A stretch of 64,000 nucleotides of DNA from Microbotryum violaceum (GCA_001244265.2 CDLV01000014.1:682001-746000); one strand, 5' to 3'. Counted from the first letter of the stretch, positions 46,997 to 60,964 are shown. The notes: generated from the sequence alone by a model not told the origin. Numbers and translations are program-made.

Positions 46997-48142
46997 GTCG
47001 GCTTTAGTTGGTCCTGTGTTTGAGTTGGAGGCAAGGGGAACGTGATGCAGTGGGTGCGTCAACGTGCAGCACGGCTCGGAGCAGTTTGCGACGACGACCG
47101 ATCATGTCATTGGCTGCCCTAATTCCGATGGAGGCTACGATGGGGGAGAAAGGGGGGCAGCTAAAAAAAACCAAACTAGTACTCGCTGGCGATCTTCTGA
47201 GGTGCGCTAGGCTGACTCAAGCCACCGGGCGGGTCATAGTCAAGAATGATCGCTCGGACGCCGGGTTCCAACGCTGCCGTTACCATTACGACGCTTGTCG
47301 CGTCGCGTCGCGCTTTGCTGCGCGCGTCCACGGCCCACAGCAGAGCTCGGTTTTGGTGCCACCGGGCATCGATCTCACCTGAGCTAGCGCACTCGCCCTA
47401 TAACTGAACTTCGGTCTACCTAACTGTTCTTGATCTGTTGGAACGGGCGAAGCTTTCGTTTATGTTCTGTAGATCAGCCCGGTGCAGGCCATTCCACACA
47501 CTTTCACTATTTTAAGACCTTACTAGTCCGGGTGCCCGATGTAAGACGTTGTACGGGCCGCGCCTAGCTCTTCACAAGGTTCCAACTACCTCCTTCAATT
47601 AGTGTACATACCTAGGTTATGTCCATCGCCCAGAATAGCTAGCTAGACCAACATCAGCAGGCAAATTTGCCAGAGTTCCTACTAGTAGGTCCTCATCGCG
47701 GCCGCGCGCTACACGTGACTTGCAATTGGCTCGTCGACGAAAGTGGTGACGCTTCAAAGTACGGCTTCGCTCGCAGTGATGTCTCGAGGGAAGTTCGGTC
47801 GGGGAGTGGGGGTTTTAATGGTATGCGCCTTTATGCACCAGTACCCGCACCTACGCCCACTGCAGGCGCCCGCCTCACTTCCTCTTCAAGGATGATTTCC
47901 GTGGCAGAGCCAGAGGCGCACAGACGGGCAGATCGGCCTGACTCGAAGAGGACTGTGCGCGGCCGCTGATTGAAAGTGGCGACTGCAATTGCAAGTGCCG
48001 CGGACTGCTAGTCTGCTGCCACCACCTCGGAACTGAAACTTCGCCTTGCCACCGCGACTGGTGGCTGCGCTCTCGAGAGGCCACCCCAGAGCCAAAAGTT
48101 GAACCAGAGGAGAGCCTTTCCTAACACCAAGTCGAAACAGAC

Positions 48143-50940
48143 ATGGCCTCCTCTACGTCTGCACCACCGGGCGTCTCGGCCCGCCGCGCTGCTTTTGGTG
48201 GGCAGCTATCGACTCCTGACGGGGCGACCACCACCGTACCCGCCTCGAGATCGACACCCACAACCCAGAGTTCAAATGCGTCTGTATCCACTCGCAACGA
48301 ACAAGCCAAGTCATCGGCCTCGACCAACACCCCTTCGCGAGCTGGCAAAGGCAAAGGCTCGGCATCGTCCTCGCGATCGCAGCAGCCCCAGTCCATCTCG
48401 TCCTCGTCCCGGCGCGGTCAGAGCGGAAACGGGAATGAACAAAACAACCACGTCATATCAAGCCTTGAAGGCGTCCTGTCCCCTTCTCAAGCCGCACTCG
48501 ATGCCGCCGCAAAGGCAGCCGCTATGGCCCAGGCGACCCAAGAAGAGGAAGAGACCATCTGCCTTATCTGTGCGGACACGGCGACGTTCTGGGCCGTGGG
48601 GGTGTGCAACCATCGCACATGCCATACGTGCTCCATCAGGCTGCGTGCCCTGTACAAGAAGAAGGAGTGCACCTTGTGCAAGGTCGGTCCGCATCCGCCT
48701 GCTGCGATCTGTCCACTACACCCTGCCTTTCAATCTTAAGCTGACCTACCGGGTGGCGTGCTCTTTCCTACAGACCGAGTGTGATCGTGTCGTCTTCACT
48801 TCATCCCACGATCGCCCTTACCTAGACTTTCCAGACTCCGTTGTGCCCTTTTCCGATGCCAAGGTCAGTCGAGCGCAGACTTGTCTCGCTTGTGCCCGTT
48901 CGGCTGCTGACAAAGCACGTCCCACCTCTCACCGCCAGCTCGGCATCTCGTTCGAGACACGCGAGCAAATGGACGACTCTCTCGCTCTGCTGCGGTTCAA
49001 CTGCCCGATATCGACGTGCGATTCCATCTGCCTCGGTTGGGGAGACCTCAAGCGCCACGTGCGCTCGTCCCATCAATCCAACCTATGCGACCTGTGCTGC
49101 AGCAACAAGAAGATTTTCGCCCACGAGCACTCGACGTTCGCCAACAGGGAGCTAAATCAACATATTCACAATGACCACAACAGCTGCGACTTTTGCCGAA
49201 GGGCTTTTTACGATGCCGATCAGCTGTACGCCCATTGCCGTGATGCCCACGAAGAGTGCTTCATTTGTGTCAGGCAAGGGATACGACACCAGTACCACCT
49301 CAACTATTCCCAGCTGGTCAGTGGTGTTTCCTCCTCCTACTGCTTCCTTTCCGTCCCAGACGCTGACAGTCCTTCGATCTTGCTCTGCTGATGACGATCC
49401 ACAGGAGGCCCACTACAAAGCGGCCCACTACCTGTGCCCCCATCCCACATGCCTGGAGAAAAAGTTCATCGTCTTCGAGACCGAACTCGACCTTCAAGCC
49501 CACGCCGTTCAGGAGCACGGTGCCGCCCTCGCTGGCGATCAACGCTCTCGACGTGATGCTCGAAGAATCGAGACCAACTTTACCTACGAGGCAGCGGACG
49601 CTGGGCCTCCAATGAGTGGCAGGGGTGGACGTGGTGACACCCGTGGTGGTCGAAGAGGCGGTAGAGGAGGCGGATCGGGTGGAGATGGGGGTCGACGGGC
49701 CGATGCGGCTCCTGCAGCTGCCGCGTTTGTCTCAACGACCGATGCGCCGAACCGGAGTCGGGTCATCCCCGGCCTGGGTCCAGCCGCATCGCTGACGAAC
49801 GGATCGACCTCGCGAGCCAATCGGTTTGGTGCAGCTCTGACCAGCGACAGTAACCCCGCTTCGGCTCCTTCGTCGGGACGAGCGACTCCGGACCCTACGA
49901 CAGTGGAACGGCATGCACAAGTGATGCGCCTCGTCGCTGATGCGGTCGCAGGCTCGGAAGCCAAAGTGACGTCTTTCAAATTGGCGATTCGCGCCTTCCG
50001 TGCGCACGAGCTCTCGGCCGATGATCTCGTCGATCAGCTGTGGAACGTGTTCGATCAAGATGCCGACAAGGCCGAGCCGATCGTCAAGGGAGTCGCTGGG
50101 CTCATGGAGGATGCCGACAAGAAGGCGGCGCTGCATGCAGCCTGGCGAGATCGACGGATTGAGGTGAGCACTCTTCTTTAATTACAGTGTTCTGGCACGA
50201 CAACTAACATTCTCCGATCGGCCCCTCGATAGCAAAACCAATTTCCCTCTCTAACGGCGTTGGCCCCGACGCTCCATGGTGTCCCCACCACGACCAACAA
50301 CTCTTCGCCTCGTGCGCTCAACTCTCGTTCGACCCGCAACCAGCGTGATCCCAACATTTGGGCCCGAGTCGAGCAAGCGGCGAACCGTCCCGGTGCGATC
50401 GTTTCGGCTAACCCGTTCCCCGCTCTTTCGAGTGCACGGAACGTCGTTCCTGGTATGGCACCTCGTCAACCCGCCCGAGGGTTAGGTCATCATACTCCCT
50501 GGTCAGCGTCCGCTTCAGGTAGCGGTGCCGGTTCTTCGACATCAACTCCGCCAGCGACGAGATACCCTTCACCTTCCCCGACGTTGGGCGCGATGCCACC
50601 GCTTCGATCCTCGGCTCACCCACCCTCGTCCATGCCGGTGACTCGACAAGCACCACCCCCTTCGATCGCTCGTAGCACCGAATTTCCTTCCTTGCCCGTC
50701 TCAACGACCGAGATCGATCGTCGGGCCCGGATGCGCGCCGCGATGGGGAAACCGAGTCAAACGATTCTCGATGGATCACCCTCGAACGAAAGGAGTGCTA
50801 GTCCATGGGGTCCGAGCAATTCGAAAGACGAACAGGAAGTGGAGGTCGAGACGAATGAGGGTGTTACTCCGGGAGTGGATAAGAAAAAGAAGAAAAAGAC
50901 CAAGGTGTTGTTGATGAGTCGTGGGATGCATCATGCATAG
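48143..50940 (+). CDS. HEL2: Ribosome-collision E3 ubiquitin ligase Hel2/ZNF598
   Basis: RING CLICA...CNHRTCHTCSIRLRALYKKKECTLCK, then C2H2-like fingers (LCDLC, CDFC...HCRDAHEECFIC, HYLCPHPTCLEKKF...H), RGG region and FPSL motifs. Confidence 0.92.
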
Positions 50941-51125
50941 ATGAGCTGTCAGGTTTTATCCTGGTCAATGGAAGGAAACGGGAAGAGTAGAGCAACTTAG
51001 GAATGCAATGCAGGGTCAAAGAGGATACAAGGAGTCATGCCAGCATGGGTTCGTACTAGACAGAGAAGGATTGAAAAGGGAGAACGTGACCTCGAACTGC
51101 TACCTTGAGCAGGCTATTCGAGGCT

Positions 51126-52419
51126 TCAATGCTGGTGGCGCCTGTGCTTGATCCCACTCTTCGCTCCAGGACTACTAGAGGGGATGGGAGAGGTCGAGGA
51201 CAAGGAGCCCAAACGCTGGGAGGCCGCAGCGATGCCGTGTACGTTTTGGCCGACTTGCTTGGCGATGCTAGGCACGGCTGACGCCGTGGTCCTGACTCGG
51301 GGTGTTCGGGTCGGTCGCGCCGAGCGGGTCGGTCGAGCCGAGCGGGTCGACCTCGTCGTCCTAGCGGCCGCAGTAGTGGCGGCGACGACCTTGTCCTGAG
51401 CGGTTTGCGCATCCCAGAACGTCGTTGACCCATTCGCAGCGGGCACAAAGACGAATTTGAGAGGTGCCTCGGCGGTAGGGAACGCTTGCTTGAACGCGGC
51501 GTAGTTGCCCGTTGCGACGAGACCACTCTTGGACCAACTGACGAAACTGACGGGGAGGCTCGAACCGTCGGATAGGGTCCACGAGGCGGTCAACTCTTGC
51601 GTGATGCAGTCCAAGGACCAGACCGCGCTCTCGCCACGGTAAGGACTTCCGAGGGAGGATTCGGATTGGGCGAAAGTCTTGGAGTTCGTTTGGTTCACGG
51701 GTGCGACGAAGGCGTAGCCTCCTGACGTGGAACTGAGCGACGAAGGCGCGTTGGGTAGACCCGTGAAGGAGGCGAGACCGATGTAAGGCAAGGCGGCGTA
51801 CTCGGCGAGGATGCCATAGATGGAGAAGAGGGGAGGGAGGGTCGAGCAAGTCGTGGCGGGGAAGTTGACCGTACCAGGTTGATCGGTGGTGTTGGCGTAG
51901 ACGCCTGATCCGTCCAAGGATCCGTCACCGAGCCATTGCGTGGAAGAAGAACTATCGGTCGAAACGATTTGAATCTTGCCCCATTGTGAAGCCGAGTCGT
52001 TGGGCCTGGGTGGATTGGCATGCGGTCCCAGCGAGTTCGAGACAGCCTGAAGGATCAAAAACATAAGTTTATCGTACATGAGCTTTCGTTCTTAGCATAC
52101 AGGCGTCTGATCCTCCCGACGCAGCTTCCCGTTGAAGCGCGCGCCAAAATCTGACTCCTAAGCGCGTCGCCGCGCGCGCCCTCGGCCCCTCGGAAGCAAT
52201 ACAAAATGACGAAAAACTCACCGCATCGCTCGCAATCGTCTCGGCATCCAAAGCCTGTTGAGGCGTCAAGCTCAACGAAGCCAAGTCATTCAAATTCAAA
52301 GGCTTGGGCGGTCCAGGAGGTCGTGGCTCTGGGTTCGCGAAGGTGGTGGGGATCGCCGAGGCGGCGAGGAAGGCCAAGAGGGCCCCGGTGGAGACGACGG
52401 TGCGGGCGACGCCGATCAT
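51126..52419 (-). CDS. Secreted hypothetical protein with a basic repetitive C-terminal tail
   Basis: Signal-peptide-like MIGVARTVVSTGALLAFLAASA; in-frame intron 52047-52221; Ser/Thr-rich domain; (T/S)ARPTR repeats. Confidence 0.75.
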
Positions 52420-53613
52420 GATCGTTCTTTGATGTGACTGGGGTCAGTGTTTCAAGGGGGCGGCGAAGGAAGGTGGCAGGGAAAGTGTTTCGTAGAAGTG
52501 TTGGGTTGAATTGATTTCGTAAAAGAGTGACAAGAAGTTGGGTTGGAAGGAGGGAGCAAAAGAGTGACGGCGGCCGGCGGCCGGGGGTTACTTTTGCAGT
52601 GAATCGGGGGGGGGGGGGGGCGTGTCGTCTGAGCGGAACAGCGATGACTTCGACAGAGAAGACGGAGATCAAGAATCGGCGAGGCACCAAGCGCGACTAC
52701 GGGGTTTTGAGATGTAGTGAGGTCTAGGTCTGGACTCGGAAGCAGACTCTGAGTCGCGGACGAATCAGTGATCGGGGCGACGACGGTAGCGGTAGTGAAC
52801 AATTGATGAAGGTGTGACAATGGCAAACCAAGCCAAGGTCCACTAAGGGCGGATTGCTTCTTTTGTGATCCGAGACATTTTTTGATTAGGAATGTTTTAC
52901 CCTCACTGAAAGCTCTCGTTCGGGAAGTGATTAGCGCGCGTGAGACATGGATCCCGACTATAGCCGGTGCCGTCGTCGCCATTACCTTCCTGAAACGGCC
53001 AAGGTCAAGGGGGCCAACGGTGACCGAGACCGGCGCCCGCCCATGATGCGAGTATTCGGGGCGGCAAGGCGCCGGCAATAAATGAAGATGTCCCCAGAGC
53101 CAAAGAGGTATGTGCGTTCAGCAATCGACCTTCCCATGTGTGGCATCATTTAAAGTATTCTCAATCGTCACGGAACGATCAATGCTCAAGCGAGTTGACA
53201 AACTAGCGCGCAACCCGGTCTCGGCTGCAGGCCCGAGCGAGATGACAGCGGTCCCGACACCATGTGAGCATGACGTGTTCTTTTTACAGCAGGTGGTGGG
53301 GAAGGAGGGGTTCGAGAGCCTAGGTTCATGACGTAGGAGAGAACTAGGGAACATGTATGGAGATGGAGACAAAGTTAGGGAGAGGAAAGTCAAGGGCGGC
53401 AAAGGAGGTAGTAGAAAGGGCCAAGTAGGAGGAACGAGAAAAAGGAAAATGACTGTACGATGCGAGTGAAAAGGCGGAAACGGAGGAGTAAGGGATGAAT
53501 TTGGGATACAGATGATCCCAGCGGAGTAGTTCAAATGATAATAGCGACAAACGACCCCTGAAGCGAAGGCAGAGCCTAAAAGTGAAAGCCGTCGAACGTG
53601 CGCGCGGGCTTCT

Positions 53614-56600
53614 TCACAGCTCTTCTTCCATTTCCGACGGCTGGAAACACAAACACCCGCCAACATCAGCAGTCCGTCCTTAGGAATTTGTAACGATCTG
53701 GAAGTGGTCATCCTCACCTTGATCATGCCAGGAACATGCGCGGCGCGTTCCCTCTCTTCAGCCTGCTTCTGCGCGATAGCCGCCTCCTTCTCATCCGCAA
53801 AGAGCTCGGCCGTGTCGTCGGCGCCTTGGAACTCGCGCATCGAGATGAGGAAGTCGCGCAGGCCGGCCTTGAAGCGCACCGAGTCGTTGTTCTGTTCTCT
53901 AAGACCTGTCACGAAGGCCGTGATTTGGGCACTGTGGAGTGAGTAAGTACGGCGTGATTAGTGCCGATGCAAGGCTGATCTGAAAGGGGGTAAATGATAA
54001 CTCACGGTTGCAGATGCGGGAACGCTCGCTTGAGCAAATCGGCGCAGTACTCGCTCACGAACTTGGAGTTGTTCATCGTCGGGTCCTGGATCGTCGCCGG
54101 GTCGTACAGCGGCGCTTGGATATCCCCGCTCCCCACGAGCCTGAACAAGCGAGCGAGCACGATCGACGTCGACTTGAAGCCCGACTTGTGATCCGCATCG
54201 GTCAAGACGAAGAACATGTCCTGCAACAAGGAGAGGTAATAGGCCTGGAAGAAGCCGTTCGATGTCTCGGGTCCAGCCGCGACGATGTTGTCGATCAATT
54301 CGTAGCAAACGTTCAGACTGATGTCGGCGATATCCCGAGCGGCGTGCTTGGTGCCCCAGACGATCGAGTCCATAATGAGCTTGAACTGTTGCGGCGGGAT
54401 CTTGAGCAAGGCGTCGAAGCAATTGACGTTGATGGCGCGCAAGAGGCGGAAGAAGGCGACGCGATGCTCGGGGTAGTCCGACATGTCGACGTTGATCATC
54501 GCGAGCGTGCACTCAAAGACCGCATCTAGCACGGGCGGAATCTTGTCCGTCATCAGCGGCCCAAGTCGATTCACGATCGTGACCATCGTACTGAGCACCT
54601 CGGCATCACGAGCAGCGGGAATATTTTGCTTGTAGTCGCCGAGGATCGCTTCGAGCAAAGGTGGGATCAGGTTCGCATTGACCTGTTCCAAATCCTCAGC
54701 CTTGCGAATATATGTCTCTCCGACGAGCTTGAGGATCTCCTTCTTGATCGTTCGCAGACCTCGGACCTTAGGTGTCTTGGTCGCGATCAGGCCTTGCTCG
54801 GCCGTCGTCGCCGATATGATGCCCGAGACGGCTCGGTACAGTCCGAGCAAGTCGACATAGATGCGAGCAATCTGGGGCAGGAAGAAGGTGCCGATCGACG
54901 AGCATGCGGCAACGTTCGTTTTGAGCACATTGGACAGGATCTTGATGTTTTCCGGGTTCGACAAGACATCTGTTCCACTCGTTGCGGCTTGGGCCATGAT
55001 CGCATCCCACTGTGACGATGCCAAGAGTCAGACCGTGGCCCACCATCACCCAGAATCTCGGAAGCAAATACTCACAGCCGCATTCGGTGCCGACATGAGA
55101 CTGGCGATCAACTGCTCCTGTTGAGGCTTGTTGGGCTGCGCCGAGATCATGTACCCGACGGCTTCGTAGAAGGTGTGGATCTGCAGAGGGGATAGGTCGG
55201 CGGTGATGCGCTGCAAGTTGCGCAGGATCTCATCGATGAAAGGCTCCTGCTCGCCCGACTGCTGCATGACGAAATGCCTTCGGCATCTGTGACAGATACA
55301 CGCGCTCGTCAGCACCCGTCGGCTCCAAATTCGTCGTCAATTTTAGCAACTCACTTTTGTGCGATCTTGATGAACGTATCGCAAGCCATGTCTTGCACAC
55401 CTTCGTGAGTTTCGTGCGCAAATTCGAACAGCTTGTTGACGACCGTCTTGAGGAACTTCCAGTGCGCCTTGAGGAAGCGCGGGTACTGCCCGACGATGTA
55501 CATGATGTTGGAAGCGACGACGGCCTTGTTGTCCTTGCCGCGCTTCATCTCGGTCAAGCCCAACAAATCCTTGATGACGGTCACCAAAAATCGTTTCTCT
55601 GTCTCTTCATTCATGGCACCCGAGATGGACCCGATGGCCCAACAGAGAGTGTTCAAATTCGACCAAGACCATTCGGACCCGTCGACCTGCTTGGAGAGCT
55701 TCTCCGTCATGATCATCTCCGTATCGACGACGTCGAGATGGGTCAAGTAGACGAGCACCTCGCGCATGCTTTTGTACAAGACAATCGTGTCGATCTCCTT
55801 GAGGAACTCGCGCACGATCTCGCCTTCGTCGTTCTCGACGATCAACACCTCTTCGGGCTTGGCCATGCGCTCGACCATTACGAGGCGCAGGTTGCTCAGC
55901 ACCTCGGTGTAGATCTCGCGTCGCCCCGAGCCGCTTCCACCCACGCCCGACGAGCCCGGCCCGCCCATACCGAGGTTCAAGAGAGGGTTGCCCATCGTGT
56001 TCATGGGAAATTTCTGCATCTCGTCGTACAAGTCGGCGACGAGTTTGGCCCAGTACTCGAGGCAGATCTTGAACACCTCGCGTTCCTCGACCTGGGAGAT
56101 CTTGATCAGGTACAGATGCGCGTTGAGAAGGACGTCGCGGTGTTGAGGCGTCTCCAATATTTGGACGTGCACCGAGAGGAAGTTGGTCAAGAAGAGCGCG
56201 AGGTTGAGTACGAGTTCCTGGTCGGCGTCGGACGAGCTCTCGTACGCGCCGGCGATGTCGGTCGAAGGCGGGATCATCTTGTTGACCGAGGTCATGACGA
56301 GGTTGAAGAGGATGATGAACTTGGCGTTGTACTCGGGGCCGATCTGCAATCCTCCAATCTCGGACAGGCATTTGAGGGTGACATTCCTGAATTCGGGCAC
56401 CTCGAGAAACTGTCGAGGTACGATAGTGCGCACGTTAGCGCTGACCCCAGCAAGACTAGTCGTAAGATTTCAAGAGATAACTCACCCTCCCGATAAGGTG
56501 ATCAATGACGGGGGTCTCGAAGATGTAGCCAAGCGGGATCCAGTTGAGGAAGCGAAGCATCGCCTCGAGCGTGGCCTTGATCAAGCTCGCCTTGTCGGCC

Positions 56601-57864
56601 TTTTCGAGCACTTCAACACAAAGACTGAAGACTTCGGAAAATTCTTGGCACTGCGATGCAGCCATTTCGGCAAATTTTAGATGCTTATACGCAAACCACA
56701 CACTGAGGAATCGTCGCGACTCACAATCTGCGCCTTCAATGCCTTGGTTTTGGCCGTTGTCATTTGCTCGGCCGAAAACTCGAAGATCTCCTCCGACAAA
56801 AGCTTGAGAATGACCATGTTGTTTTCACAGATGGTCAGATTCGACTGGGATGAGGAGACGATCTCGCTTATAAATGTCGGCCACTTGTGCGGCCTGAGCG
56901 GGAGCACGGCACACTTGAGAGTCAATCGTCGGCTTTTGGACACATCCACTCGGGAGGACTGACCACTCCTGCTTGAGGATCTGTACGAGGATGAGGTTGA
57001 GCTTGTTGACGTAGCTTTTTTGCTTCCTGAGCGTGGCCTCGTCCTCGGACGACTTGACGATGATGCCGACGATAAAGTTGCGGATGCCGGAGCGCTGGTC
57101 GTCGGGCAGGATCTTCCACCGCGTCTTGATGAGACGGTCCATGATTTGCAGCGCGATGTACTTTGTCTGGGCGCTGGCCGAGAGTTCGAGGATCTCGGGC
57201 ACGCGCTGCCACGCGTCGGGGTGCTCCTGGAATTGGGCCAGGACGGTCGACGCTTGCGCTTGCTGTGAGGGGCGGGTGCGGTGTGCGGAGTGCGGTCATA
57301 GTGATGGAGATATAATCGATTGATCAGAATGGTATCGTAACCGAGGGCAGCATGTCCGCTTCCAAGACCGCATGGGCGAACGCACCTCGGTACCTCGACC
57401 CGTCAGGAACACCTGGGCGACCTGGTCGAGCAAGTTGACATCGAGCGGCACACTAAAGTTGAGGATTGCCTGCGGGAATCGATTAAAGAGGGGGAAGATG
57501 ACCAGATATCAGTGGTTGAAGGTGGCTAGCGGTGGATGGTCGCTCGGTCGTGCAGGGTTTCGCGCTCCGAATAGCGTAGGCATCGCATGTGCAGGACATG
57601 GCAATGTACTCGGTACCTGAGCGTGCTACCATCAGTCGTCGTCGCGGTGGATGACGAGGCCGTACACGGTCGGTCGAGGGCTGATGATGGACCGATGGCG
57701 CGCACGTTTTCATTCGGTTGGTGCAGTGATGGGGCCTGACGCGCGATGGCGTGGATTATGTGTTGACGGGGTGCAGGTGCAGTACGACACCAAAGTGACC
57801 ACGGATTGACCGTTCTCATGGTTATCGCAAAGTGAGGTGGTGCTAGGTGTCTACTCACGTCCAT
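53614..57864 (-). CDS. CRM1: Exportin-1
   Basis: [93 protein letters not shown]. Confidence 0.98.
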
Positions 57865-59027
57865 GATGCTGAAGGGACAAATGTGGTGGGGGGAGATGCC
57901 TCGGCCCGTGAGCGATGATGGTGGAGCGCGCCGAGAGAACAAGAGACCGAGAAACGACGAAACCGAGACTGAGAGCGAGACGAGAGCTGCGTGGGGAGAT
58001 ACAAGGTGGGCGAGGTGGGGTGAGGGTGAGGCGTGCGCGACCAACAAGGACGACGTCAGCTGATGCGGTGGCCGTGCACAGCACTTGCACAGCGACACCC
58101 GCCAGGCACTGACCAGTGACCGGTGAGCAGCGTTGACCGCGACCGCGACCGTGTAACGAACCCTTTGAGCCCGAAGCGGTGGTGGTGGGGAGGGGCAGAT
58201 GGGATGGGAGGGGCGAGACCTTTGGTCGTCGGCGGTAGCGGTAGATGGGGTGGAAGGTGTGAAGGCAGGGGCAGGCAGGGCGAGGGAGTGAGCTCAGCCA
58301 GGGAACGCGCCGCGCTTCCCGTGTCGGCCTTGTTCTGCCAGCTGTAAACTGCCTGGCAGTTAAAAGTTGCCTGGCTCGGTTCTGCTCGGTTGCGCGCCTG
58401 GTTCTGAGCCGCGCCAGCTCAAGCTCGGCGAATATTCCGACTCGAAAATCTGCAAACGTCTCGGCCCACTCGATCCTGCGGTACTTCGTACGACCTTGCT
58501 CGAGAAGAAAGAAAGAAAAGTCTCAGATTCACCGGTATACCCTAACTGACGCGAGCCCATCACCGCAAGATCGTTAAACATTCGCCCCTCGGCGGCGAGT
58601 CGGCGTACGCTCGAGCCCGTCCGTCGCCCGGCGCGATCTGCAGGTGCAGGCATGGGCATAATGGGCAGGCTGGCGCGATCACTCGAGATCACTCGCCGAC
58701 GCGCACCGACTCGGCTCGGACCTGCCCCAGTTGCGTTCAACGGTTCCACCACCTTCTTTCGCGATCGTACCGACCTTACCCCTCTAGAGTCCTCACCCTT
58801 CACCGCCGTTGCGGGTACGATGGGTCTCTTATCCAACTTGGGCTTAGACACCGGTAACGAGGTAGGATTCCCTCCCAAGCCACTCGCCTCGTCGATGTCA
58901 CTCCTCCCCTGCGTGCTGCTGAGTCAGCCGACCGGTCCGCCGCTCTTCTCGCGGTCTTTTTCCAGACGCAGCAGATCCGGAAACTTACGCACGAACTTGA
59001 TCAAGCGAATCAGGTAAGACTCATCGG

Positions 59028-59063
59028 CCTTGAGCATCCTTGAGCATCCTTGAGCATCCTTGA
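59028..59063. repeat. (CCTTGAGCAT)3.6 tandem repeat
   Basis: Three perfect 10-bp units plus a partial unit. Confidence 0.85.
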
Positions 59064-59447
59064 CCAAGGTCGGGTCTCTCATGCTACCTCGGCGCGATCG
59101 TGTGCCCGATGATGGCGATGACGGAGCAGTGCCGGTGGTGGCCGGGCGCGTGCGGACCTTTTCGAGCCTTCAAGACATCTGGAGCTGGATTTTTTTTGGC
59201 TCGAATCATCGCTTTCGCGCGGTCTGTTGAAGCTCGGACCCAGACACGTCAGCCGTTGTGGGCCGACCGGCACAGAACGGCCACGGGCAACCCCCACAAC
59301 TCCGGCTACCGGCCTGCTGCACACGATCGATCGCTCGAGCTGAGCTTCGGAGGTTGGAGCGCCATAGCACGGCAAGAGCAGAGAGTCACTTGAGATACGC
59401 GAACGTTGAACCGATCGCTCCACTTTACATCCCTTTCCATCAAATAG

Positions 59448-60470
59448 CATGCACACCACCTAGCCCTCCAGAACCGAGCCGCGCAGCACCGAATCCGCGA
59501 ACTCCAAGACCTCCTCGCGATCCAACAGCGTCTCACCTCGGACACTCAAGCGACCCTCCACCTCACCGAATCACGCCTCGAATCCCTGACCCATTCCTAC
59601 AATTCGGCCCAAAGCGAACTCTCAACCCTCCGTACCGAACTCTCCAAAACGCCGACCACCTCCTTGGACCTTTTCTTCCGCTACAAACAACTCCAAGACC
59701 TCTGGGACCAAGCTCGCGATACGCTCTCTTGTCCCGTGTGCTTCGATTTCATAGGAAAGGGCCAAGTCGTTTCCCTCTTGTGCGGGCATACGTTCTGTCA
59801 AGGCTGTTGGACCGAATGGGAGAACAAGCATGTGGTCGAGTTCAAAACTTCGACCCAACAGGGGAGGTACTTTGGGCCGGATTGTCCAGAGTGTAGAGAG
59901 TCCGGAGTGAGGCATAGGAAGGTTAGGGTTTGGGCGCTAGAGGAAGTCATTAGGTTGGTTGAGAGAGGGACGAGGCAGACGGAGAAGGTTCATACGCAAG
60001 AGGAGATTAGGCGGATATTGGGTGAACACACGGATTCCTCACCATTGCCGCAGCAGCAGGATCCGACATTCACACGGCATCCACCCGCGCCGACTAGACC
60101 TATCGAGACATCGGAAGGAACACCTCGAGACTCTACACCAGCGTCCGGCCGAGACACTTCACCGGACCAACTCGATCGTCAGTCCGTCACGATCGACGCA
60201 GAGGCCGAAGAATCATCCTGGACCCTTCTTTCGGACGAATCGACACCCACACCGCCCCGCGCGGGAGAAGATTCGGCTAATTTCGATGTCCTTGATCCGA
60301 CACCCGTCGAGGACGTCTCGAACAGCCCTTCTACGCCGATACCAATCGATTTTATTTCGCTTTCGTCAAATCACGAATCGTCGGAAGCCACACCTAACCT
60401 CGCGGACGTGGCAGGACCCTCGGAAGAAGAGATCGAGACGATGGATCTCGACGAGGAATGCTCAAGGTGA
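59448..60470 (+). CDS. Coiled-coil + C3HC4 RING finger protein (ends not resolved)
   Basis: The frame is open from ~59448 (heptad-like RIRELQDLL...LSTLRTEL) into CPVC...LCGHTFCQGC...CPECR. A GTGAGT donor at the 3' end implies a further exon. Confidence 0.75.
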   Translation, partial: HAHHLALQNRAAQHRIRELQDLLAIQQRLTSDTQATLHLTESRLESLTHSYNSAQSELSTLRTELSKTPTTSLDLFFRYKQLQDLWDQARDTLSCPVCFDFIGKGQVVSLLCGHTFCQGCWTEWENKHVVEFKTSTQQGRYFGPDCPECRESGVRHRKVRVWALEEVIRLVERGTRQTEKVHTQEEIRRILGEHTDSSPLPQQQDPTFTRHPPAPTRPIETSEGTPRDSTPASGRDTSPDQLDRQSVTIDAEAEESSWTLLSDESTPTPPRAGEDSANFDVLDPTPVEDVSNSPSTPIPIDFISLSSNHESSEATPNLADVAGPSEEEIETMDLDEECSR

Positions 60471-60964
60471 GTTCGCTAGACGCCCAAAGGAGTTGTCTGT
60501 CGAAGTTCGCTCCCAGTGATTACGGATCCTCATGGGCCGTCTATCTCGTACTCACAGCATCCTTCGTCCCCGGGTCTCGAGACCTTGGGGACCGATCGTC
60601 ATGCATTGATTGGGAGGGAAACCCTCATCTCGTTGGCGGATGGACACCCCGTGCTGTTCCTGTTGTCCCGAATTTGTGCCAAGAGCATGCTGTTGTCGTC
60701 TGTACCTCTATGTTTTGCATTACACACCCTTCTCTCTCGCTCCGTTCGCAACGTATTCTGCGAGTCCTCCCAAGCTCTAGGTTAGTTTCGCACACCCTTT
60801 CGAGTGTGCAGCATTACACCGTCTACTATTTATAGCGTACTACAAGTTGGGTTGGTATCATACAAAACCTTGTTTCTCTCCTCTCTCACACTCTACAAAA
60901 CCACCCGTCAGTGTCCATTTCTAAGCGCGCAGTAAACCCTCCCCCACCGCCTAATAATAGCTAT

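Noticed and set aside
55357-56496. Long plus-strand ORFs antisense to CRM1 (and similar ones at 11163..11972 and 30792..31496)
   Set aside because: They are shadow ORFs produced by GC-rich codon bias on the coding strand and have no recognisable motifs.
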